A DNA stretch of 64,000 nt from Candidatus Woesearchaeota archaeon (GTDB taxonomy: Archaea > Nanobdellota > Nanobdellia > Woesearchaeales > ARS49). The translations under genes and the position numbers were made by a program. The notes below the pieces were generated by a model. That model ran no database searches. It was not told the origin of the DNA and was given only the letters and a program-made list of their open reading frames with translations. Below are positions 57,436-64,000 of this stretch, piece by piece (the first letter of the stretch is position 1; each line of letters opens with the position of its first letter). Where the stretch lies: contig JACQMS010000011.1 of NCBI GenBank assembly GCA_016203445.1, positions 2,517 to 66,516 on the forward strand. Direction: 5' to 3'.

Positions 57436-58431
57436 ATGGCAGTAATAGAATACAGAGACAAAATATTATCACTACTAAAACTAAAAATTGCTCTGCTGCC
57501 CGCGCAAGTGGCCACAGAACTGAGAATAGATTCTATGATAGCATCAGCAATGCTCTCAGAAATGTCAGAAAGAGGGCTGGTAAAAGTTTCACGCATAAAA
57601 ATAGGGTCGTCACCATTATACTATGACCCTTCAAGACCCGAAGTATTAGAACAGTACATACACACGCTAAAACAAGTAGAAAGAGAAGCATTGCAATTCC
57701 TAAAAAATTCCAGAATAGTAAGAGACGGGTCACTATCACCGGTGGCAAGAGTAGCATTCCAAGGACTAAAAGATTACGCAGTACCATTAGACGTTACAAT
57801 AGGAAATACTAAAGAAGTATTCTGGAAATGGTACCTCATACCGGACGATTCCGCAGAAAAAATAATAGTTGAGATAGTTCAAGGAAAAAAAGAAACAGAA
57901 GAACAAACAATAAAACGCCCAGAAGAGCCAATAAAAGAACAAAGACAAGAAGCAATAATTCCCGCAAAGAAAAAGCCGGGAAGAAAACCTAAAATAAAAA
58001 ATCCAGAAACACAACAAAAAATTGTTGAAGAGAAAATACTCCAAACAAAAAATGCGGAAGACTTGCCAAAAACACCGAAAAAAACAGAAACCCCGCAACA
58101 AACAAGCCAGCACACGGACAATTCACAATTCTCAACAACACTAAAAAAATATTTCGCAAAAGAAAACATAAAAATAATAGAAAGCAACACGATAAAAGAA
58201 GGAAAAGAGTATGATTTAACAATACAGATACAAACACCAATAGGAATAATGAGATTTTACTGCAAAGCAAAAGAAAAAAAGAAGATAAATGATGCAGACT
58301 TAAGCGTTGCATACGTAGAAGGACAATCAAGAAAAATGCCAGTGCTATACGCAACAACAGGAACATTAGACAAAGGATTAGAAGAACAATTAGAAAAGAA
58401 ATTTAAAGGACTACTGTTTAAAACATTGTGA
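57436..58431 (+). CDS. Hypothetical winged-helix protein with a K/E-rich central linker
   Basis: N-terminal wHTH-like segment and a highly charged middle region. No specific family recognised. Confidence 0.4.
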   Translation: MAVIEYRDKILSLLKLKIALLPAQVATELRIDSMIASAMLSEMSERGLVKVSRIKIGSSPLYYDPSRPEVLEQYIHTLKQVEREALQFLKNSRIVRDGSLSPVARVAFQGLKDYAVPLDVTIGNTKEVFWKWYLIPDDSAEKIIVEIVQGKKETEEQTIKRPEEPIKEQRQEAIIPAKKKPGRKPKIKNPETQQKIVEEKILQTKNAEDLPKTPKKTETPQQTSQHTDNSQFSTTLKKYFAKENIKIIESNTIKEGKEYDLTIQIQTPIGIMRFYCKAKEKKKINDADLSVAYVEGQSRKMPVLYATTGTLDKGLEEQLEKKFKGLLFKTL

Positions 58432-58438
58432 AGAAATC

Positions 58439-59467
58439 ATGGGAGTAAAAATATTTGATATATTACGGCCGAAGAGCATAACGTGGAAAGAATTAGAAGG
58501 AAAAACTCTGGCAGTTGACGCCTCATTATACCTGCACCAATTCTTAGCATCAATAAGACAGAGAGATGGAACGCCATTAACAGACTCCAAAGGAAGAACA
58601 ACATCACATCTCGTAGGACTATTCTCAAGAACAGCACAATGGCTGGAAAGAGGGATAAAGCCAATATACGTATTCGACGGGAAGCCTCCGGAACTAAAAG
58701 AAAAAGTCAGAGAAGAAAGAAGAGTAATAAAGGAAGAAGCAAAAGAAAAATACCGGCAAGCAGTAGTTAAAGGAAATATTGAAGAGATGAAAAAGTATGC
58801 GTCAAGAACTTCAATACTTACAAAAGAAATAGTTAGTGAAGCAAAAGAATTACTGCAGGCAATGGGAGTCCCAACAGTTCAAGCACCATCAGAAGCCGAA
58901 GCGCAAGCAGCATACATGACTATTAAAGGAGACGCGTGGGCAGTAGCATCACAAGACTCGGACGCAATATTATTTGGGGCGGAGAGACTCGTAAGAAATT
59001 TAGCGATAAGCGGAAAAAAGAAAAAAGCAGGAAAATTATCATACGAAAATATAACTCCCGAAATATACCACGCAAAAGACGTACTCAACAATTTAGGAAT
59101 AGACAGAGAACAATTAATAGCACTATCAATACTAGTAGGGACAGATTACGAACCCGCAGGAATTAAGGGAATAGGATCAAAAACTGCGCTGAAACTAGTA
59201 AAAGAAAACGGGAAAAATTTCGAAGAATTATTCAAGAAGGCAGAGTGGGAAAAACACTCGAAAACTCCTTGGAAAGAAATAATGAACACGTTCAAAAATA
59301 TACCAGTAACTACAGATTATACGACACAACCGAAAAGTGCGAACGCAAAAAAAATAATGGAGATACTAGTACAAGAACACGAGTTTTCAAAAGAAAGAGT
59401 TGAAGAAACAATAACAAAAATAGGAAAAACTACGAGCCAGCAAGGACTCGCACAATTCTTCAGATAG
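58439..59467 (+). CDS. fen: Flap endonuclease FEN-1
   Basis: MGVKIFDIL…LAVDASLYLHQFL N-domain, I-domain acidic residues, C-terminal PIP-like QGLAQFF motif. Confidence 0.9.
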   Translation: MGVKIFDILRPKSITWKELEGKTLAVDASLYLHQFLASIRQRDGTPLTDSKGRTTSHLVGLFSRTAQWLERGIKPIYVFDGKPPELKEKVREERRVIKEEAKEKYRQAVVKGNIEEMKKYASRTSILTKEIVSEAKELLQAMGVPTVQAPSEAEAQAAYMTIKGDAWAVASQDSDAILFGAERLVRNLAISGKKKKAGKLSYENITPEIYHAKDVLNNLGIDREQLIALSILVGTDYEPAGIKGIGSKTALKLVKENGKNFEELFKKAEWEKHSKTPWKEIMNTFKNIPVTTDYTTQPKSANAKKIMEILVQEHEFSKERVEETITKIGKTTSQQGLAQFFR

Positions 59468-59495
59468 ACACATTTAAAAAAAGATATATCACAAT

Positions 59496-60332
59496 GTGCT
59501 TATGAGACCGTTACACAAAATACTTAAAGAAATAATAACTAAAAAAGAAATAAAAAAAATGCCTGCAAGCTTCGACGTGATAGGAGAAATAGCAATAATA
59601 GAAGTTCCAAAAGAACTAAAAAAGAAAGAGAAAAAAATTGCACAAAAAATAATAGAGACGTTCAAACAAGTAAAAACAGTTGCGAAAAAAGCAGGAATAC
59701 ACAAAGGAGAGTTCAGGACAAGAAAAACGAAAATAATAGGCGGGGAAAAAACTAAAGAAACAATACAAAAAGAGTCAGGAACAATAATAAAACTAAACAT
59801 AGACAAGTGCTACTACTCGCCAAGATACGGAACCGAAAGGTTAAGAATTGCAAAACAAGTAAAAGAAGGAGAAAAAATATTAGTAATGTTCTCGGGAGTC
59901 GGCCCATTCCCGTTGGTAATAGCAAAAAATTCCAAACCGGAAAAAATAGTTGGAGTAGAAAAGAATCCTGAATGCCACAAGTATGCACTAGAAAACAAAA
60001 AACTAAATAAGAAAACGGGAGAAAAAATAGAGTTTATAGAAGGCGACGTGAAAAATATAGTTCCAAAAATAAAAAACCAATTTGACAGAGTGGCAATGCC
60101 ACTGCCGAAAGGAGGAGAAAACTTTTTGAGCACTGCAATAAGGGCGGTGAAACCGGGAGGAATACTACATTTCTACGATTTTGCGACGCCAGAAAAATTC
60201 GAAGAATCAGCAAACAAAATTATTGAGGAGTGCAAAAAAGAAAAAAGGAAGTGCAAAGTTCTAAGAATAACAAAGTGTGGAGAAGTAAAACCAAGAACTT
60301 ACAGAATATGCATAGACGCCACAATAACGTAG
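59496..60332 (+). CDS. trm5: Trm5/Taw2-family tRNA methyltransferase (class I SAM-dependent)
   Basis: FDVIGEIAIIEV…, SAM motif ILVMFSGVGPFPLVIA, NLP-like …VAMPLPKG…. Confidence 0.7.
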   Translation: MLMRPLHKILKEIITKKEIKKMPASFDVIGEIAIIEVPKELKKKEKKIAQKIIETFKQVKTVAKKAGIHKGEFRTRKTKIIGGEKTKETIQKESGTIIKLNIDKCYYSPRYGTERLRIAKQVKEGEKILVMFSGVGPFPLVIAKNSKPEKIVGVEKNPECHKYALENKKLNKKTGEKIEFIEGDVKNIVPKIKNQFDRVAMPLPKGGENFLSTAIRAVKPGGILHFYDFATPEKFEESANKIIEECKKEKRKCKVLRITKCGEVKPRTYRICIDATIT

Positions 60333-60347
60333 AATGCAACCAAAAAA

Positions 60348-61049
60348 TCAGCTCCTACTCTCAACTTGAACAACGCCCTCAAAATTTTGAAAATCAAACT
60401 CGACACCAATATCACTATACAAAGCAGGAGGAATACCAATATAGCCGGCATACAAAACACCAGCAAAACTCTCATCCAAACCCTCCTTAACAAGGCCAAG
60501 ACACAAAGTAGCACTAGAAGAAATATGAGGAGTTCTCAACAAACCAGTCCTAAGCTCATAACCAGTAGGAACATCAATACTCAACAAAAAACGATCCTTC
60601 TTATTAACAATCTCTATAACAGTATGAATAATACCCCTAGGATTACCCTGCAAGTTATAACCAACAAGACCATCAATAACTATATCACAAGAATCCAAAG
60701 CAGGCTCCAAACCGGTAAAAGAGTGAAAAACAATGCCCGCATTTTCTAACAAATTTTTATACTCCAAGCCAACAAGTGAAGGAAAATCACAAGCAAGAAA
60801 AACACTCACAGAATAGCCCGCAGTATGCAAATTCCAGCCAGCGCACAAAGCGTCAGCACCATTATTGCCGGGACCGGCAAGAATTAAAACATTTTTCCTG
60901 CCATCAAGCATTTTTTTAGCGAGCTGAGAAACAGCAAGACCAGCATAAACAACAAGCTGAGACTCAGAAAGCTTAAATTTCTCCCTCAACAAAGAATCAA
61001 TCATCACGGCATCATTATAACCAATAACAGGAACAAACAAAGAATTCAT
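60348..61049 (-). CDS. NAD(P)H-hydrate epimerase (YjeF N-terminal domain)
   Basis: VLILAGPGNNGADALCAGWNL matches the YjeF-N GPGNNGGDG motif. Confidence 0.8.
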   Translation of the reverse strand: MNSLFVPVIGYNDAVMIDSLLREKFKLSESQLVVYAGLAVSQLAKKMLDGRKNVLILAGPGNNGADALCAGWNLHTAGYSVSVFLACDFPSLVGLEYKNLLENAGIVFHSFTGLEPALDSCDIVIDGLVGYNLQGNPRGIIHTVIEIVNKKDRFLLSIDVPTGYELRTGLLRTPHISSSATLCLGLVKEGLDESFAGVLYAGYIGIPPALYSDIGVEFDFQNFEGVVQVESRS

Positions 61050-61783
61050 ACATCATCAACCCTTGGAGCAAGAATAAATTCCAAAGAAACCTTATCAATA
61101 GACCTATATTCGAGCTTCAAAGGGTAATTAGTATCAATACGAACAGTAACAGAATCAGAAATTTTAGAACCCTGAACCATCTTTTTCAAATACTCAATAG
61201 CATACTTAGCCCTAGTCTTGCTATCAGAAAGAATAACAATACCATCGCCCTCGCGAGTCTGAATACTAGCCTTGCTAAGATCACCCTCAGCACTCAAAGT
61301 AAAAAAACCAGGCTCAACAGTAAACAAAACGCTCTCGGCAACAATACCCGCATCCTCAATAGCATTAGACAAAACGCTACTAGGAAGAGTAATACTAGAA
61401 GGAAAAGAAAGCGAAGGAACCTTCTGCTCACGATCATCAACAGCGATAATAGGAAGACTAAAAGTTCTCTTAGAAGCTCCATCCAAAGTAATATGAAGCT
61501 TACCATCAAAAACCTCCAAAGACAAAGAATCACCAAGACTAGCACGCCTCAAAACCTGCTTCAAATTAGAAAGGTTCAAACCAACAACCTGAGGATCATC
61601 AACATTATACTCAGAAAAACAAGAAGGAAGAAGTCTAAAAATAATCATCGCAACATTAGCAGGATCCATAGCAACAAGCTCAACACCATTCTTAGTAATA
61701 GAAAACCTGCCCTCAGAAACAAGCTCAGAAATAACGCCGATACTATCACGCAAATAACTAACATCCGAAAGAGACAACCTCAT
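61046..61783 (-). CDS. pcna: DNA polymerase sliding clamp PCNA. Start set at the internal Met 61783; the ORF-track extension to 61990 is rejected.
   Basis: MRLSLSDVSYLRDSIGVISELVSEG…VELVAMD… is a typical PCNA N-terminus. 246 aa. The upstream extension overlaps a tRNA-like fragment and is hydrophobic junk. Confidence 0.8.
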   Translation of the reverse strand: MRLSLSDVSYLRDSIGVISELVSEGRFSITKNGVELVAMDPANVAMIIFRLLPSCFSEYNVDDPQVVGLNLSNLKQVLRRASLGDSLSLEVFDGKLHITLDGASKRTFSLPIIAVDDREQKVPSLSFPSSITLPSSVLSNAIEDAGIVAESVLFTVEPGFFTLSAEGDLSKASIQTREGDGIVILSDSKTRAKYAIEYLKKMVQGSKISDSVTVRIDTNYPLKLEYRSIDKVSLEFILAPRVDDV

Positions 61784-61904
61784 AACAAAAACCCCTGAAA
61801 AAAGGATACTACAACAGTTTTTATACTTTATTGTTCCAGAGTATCGAGTTGAGAAAGAAAAATTCAGTGCAGGAAGCAAAAAGAAATAAACAAGAGGAAA
61901 TAAA

Positions 61905-61926
61905 TGCAGGGGGCAGGATTTAAACC
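61905..61926 (-). other. tRNA 3'-end-like fragment (degenerate copy of the T-arm/acceptor 3' strand of the neighbouring tRNA-Leu)
   Basis: rc GGTTTAAATCCTGCCCCCTGCA versus the tRNA-Leu GGTTCGAATCCTGCTCCCTGCA (19/22 identical). No matching 5' acceptor strand nearby. Confidence 0.4.
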
Positions 61927-62083
61927 AAACGCTTGCTACGCAACCGTTTGCATCATAAACTCTTACATCGTCGGGTACATTGCTACGCAAGTACCCATAA
62001 GAACTAAAACTAGAACTATAACAACAACAGTTAATTTTTCACACACTTTTCTAAATACAAAAGCATATAATAAGATTTACCAA

Positions 62084-62167
62084 TGCAGGGAGCAGGATTC
62101 GAACCTGCGAAGGCACTAAGCCAGCAGATCTTGAGTCTGCCCCGTTTGGCCACTCCGGCATCCCTGC
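62084..62167 (-). tRNA. tRNA-Leu (anticodon CAA) with a long variable arm; CCA not encoded
   Basis: Folded by eye: acceptor GCAGGGA/TCCCTGC, anticodon stem GCAGA/TCTGC, loop CUCAAGA, variable arm TGGCTTAGTGCCT, T-arm GCAGG-TTCGAAT-CCTGC, discriminator A. Confidence 0.85.
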
Positions 62168-62417
62168 AAAAAGAATAGACGCTGAAGAGAGGCTAAAAGT
62201 ACAGCTAAAAGCGCACATTTATAAACACTTCTTTCGATAATGGTTCTGTTAACAGAGAAATTATTGTTTACGAACCCAAAAGTTTTGGGTTTAGATATGG
62301 AGTGAAATAAGGTGACTATTAATAGAGGAACAACGCGTTTTCTCGTAAAGATTCACACTGCAAAGTATCACAAAGAAAAACAATATTATAAGAAAAGAAA
62401 GTTAACGGAGTAAAAAA

Positions 62418-63761
62418 ATGGCAATAGAAATATACGCAGTTGGAGGCTACGGAGAAGTAGGAAGAAATATGACTGCCGTAAAAGTTGGTGAAGAAGTATT
62501 CCTCTTAGACATGGGATTACACATGCCAAACTATATAAGATATACTGAAGAAGAAGAAACAGAATTAAAAAAGCACACAACCGAAGAGTTAAGAAAAGCT
62601 AAAGCGGTGCCTGACGACACGCTAGTGGACTCATTGAGAAAGAAAGTTAAAGCTATAATAACAACCCACGCGCACCTGGACCATATAGGAGCAATACCAT
62701 ACATTGCAGAAAGATACGAAGTACCAATATACTGCACACCGTTCACCGGAGAAGTAATAAAAGAGATATTAAGAGACCAAAAAAGAAAAATACCCAACCA
62801 GATAAAAACAATGCATCCTAATAGCAGTATGAAAATTTCTGAAAATGTAACACTAGAATTTTTAGGAATAACTCACTCAACACCGCAAAGCGTGATAGCA
62901 GTACTGCACACACCCGAAGGAATAATAGCGTACACGAACGATTTCAAGCTTGACAACAATCCAATACTAGGACAAAAACCAAATTATGAAGGAATGAAAA
63001 AATTATCAGAAAAAGGGGTAAAAGTAGCAATAATAGATACATTATACGCGGATGACGAAAGAAAAACTGCTTCAGAAATGATAGCCAGAGAAATGCTAAG
63101 AGATGTATTACTAAACGTTAACAACAAGAACAAAGCAGTACTAGTAACAACATTCTCATCGCACATAGCGAGAATAAAGAGCGCGGTAGAGTTCGCACAA
63201 AAAATAGGAAGAAAACCGGTACTAATAGGAAGATCGCTAGCGAAATACGTTCAAGCAGCAGAAAACGCTGGAGTAACACACTTTGGAAAAGACATATATA
63301 TAGTTAGATACTCGAGCCAGGCAAGAAAAGAGTTAAGCAAAATAGTAAAGAAAGGAATACACAAGTACCTACTAATAACAACAGGACACCAAGGAGAACC
63401 TAGAGCGGTACTATCAAAAATGGCCGACGGGATATTACCATTCCCATTCCAGCACGAAGACCACATAATATTCTCTTGCAATATTATACCGACAGAAGTA
63501 AACATCGCGCTGAGAGAAAAATTAGAAGAAAAATTAAGGACTAAAGGGTTAAGAATATTCAAAGGAATACACGTATCAGGCCACGGAGGCAGAGAAGACA
63601 TGAGAGACCTCATACACATGCTAAAACCAAAAAATGTAATACCCGCCCACAGCGACAAAAAAGTAATAGAAGCATTTGTACAACTGGCGGAAAAAATGGG
63701 CTATGAAAAAGGAAAAACATTACACCCAATAATAGAAGGACAGAAAGTAAGCGTTGAGTAA
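62418..63761 (+). CDS. Beta-CASP metallo-beta-lactamase ribonuclease (archaeal RNase J-like)
   Basis: ITTHAHLDHIGAIPY (HxHxDH), beta-CASP region, C-terminal His motifs (HVSGHGG), 447 aa. Confidence 0.8.
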   Translation: MAIEIYAVGGYGEVGRNMTAVKVGEEVFLLDMGLHMPNYIRYTEEEETELKKHTTEELRKAKAVPDDTLVDSLRKKVKAIITTHAHLDHIGAIPYIAERYEVPIYCTPFTGEVIKEILRDQKRKIPNQIKTMHPNSSMKISENVTLEFLGITHSTPQSVIAVLHTPEGIIAYTNDFKLDNNPILGQKPNYEGMKKLSEKGVKVAIIDTLYADDERKTASEMIAREMLRDVLLNVNNKNKAVLVTTFSSHIARIKSAVEFAQKIGRKPVLIGRSLAKYVQAAENAGVTHFGKDIYIVRYSSQARKELSKIVKKGIHKYLLITTGHQGEPRAVLSKMADGILPFPFQHEDHIIFSCNIIPTEVNIALREKLEEKLRTKGLRIFKGIHVSGHGGREDMRDLIHMLKPKNVIPAHSDKKVIEAFVQLAEKMGYEKGKTLHPIIEGQKVSVE

Positions 63762-63772
63762 GGACGGAAAAA

Positions 63773-63973
63773 CTATCCTAAAACTTTTATTCTCTCTTCA
63801 ATCTTGCTAATCTCTCTTTCCAAAACATCGAGCTTTTGGCTCGGAGGAGTATCGGAAGGCAAGTGCTCAACTTTATGGGTTACGACACGTTTCCACTCAT
63901 GTTTTGGAAGCTTCGAGCCCAACTTTTTTGCTAGAACAGATAATTCCTGTGAAGATTTTAAGAACTGACGCAA
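63773..63973 (-). CDS. Small hypothetical ORF at the window edge (possibly N-terminally incomplete)
   Basis: 66-aa ORF. Its upstream region runs off the window, so the start cannot be verified. Confidence 0.25.
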   Translation of the reverse strand: MRQFLKSSQELSVLAKKLGSKLPKHEWKRVVTHKVEHLPSDTPPSQKLDVLEREISKIEERIKVLG

Positions 63974-64000
63974 AACTTTTTCTTTCTCATCGCGAATTCT

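Noticed and set aside
55915-61783. tRNA-processing/replication gene neighbourhood (rnz, endA, fen, trm5, yjeF-N, pcna, hjc) as a special system
   Set aside because: These are ordinary conserved archaeal informational genes. The clustering is loose, with mixed strands, and is not indicative of a novel system.
61784-61990. N-terminal 69-aa extension of the PCNA ORF in the ORF track
   Set aside because: The extension is hydrophobic junk that would run across the tRNA-like fragment and promoter region. The canonical PCNA N-terminus begins at the internal Met (61783).
61905-62000. Possible second complete tRNA gene
   Set aside because: Only the T-arm/3' acceptor strand is recognisable. No complementary 5' acceptor strand (would need rc of GCAGGGG) or D/anticodon arms are present in the flanking 200 nt.

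Overview
This window is AT-rich (about 35% GC), densely coding archaeal DNA. Topoisomerase VI A/B, PCNA, FEN-1, Hjc, tRNA-splicing endonuclease, RNase Z, ribosomal proteins L34e/L14e, Pelota, aDim2-like KH protein, RIO kinase and the COG1855 PIN-ATPase-KH protein place it in an archaeon. The small genome-style gene content and the giant surface proteins fit a DPANN-like, possibly episymbiotic lifestyle, which is inference. Housekeeping genes (aspS, pheST, pepA, nfo, htpX, scpAB, trm5, rnz, endA, one tRNA-Leu(CAA)) are interleaved with three accessory blocks. (1) A ~14.8 kb minus-strand operon (17313..32120) encodes two giant secreted or anchored proteins (1998 aa and 1659 aa) interleaved with five small proteins carrying class-III (type IV pilin-like) signal peptides ([KR][GAS]-Q followed by a hydrophobic helix). 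No assembly ATPase, platform protein or prepilin peptidase is in the window. This is the best candidate for an undescribed surface or host-attachment system. (2) A small defence/TA islet (32830..35891) holds an AAA+ DUF4143-type ATPase bracketed by a 43-bp perfect (~100-bp imperfect) direct repeat, followed by a HEPN–MNT pair. A separate AbiEi/AbiEii pair lies at 53752..55102. (3) A plus-strand cluster of four surface proteins (46904..51820) includes two tandem paralogous lipobox proteins. Non-coding oddities include tandem hairpin repeats (11591..11679), an AACCGGAAAA-type repeat array (5621..5727) whose core motif recurs upstream of another gene, a tRNA 3'-end-like fragment 160 nt from the intact tRNA-Leu, and a GC-rich hairpin patch (55160..55270). 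All calls rest on reading the ORF translations and sequence by eye. No database searches were run.
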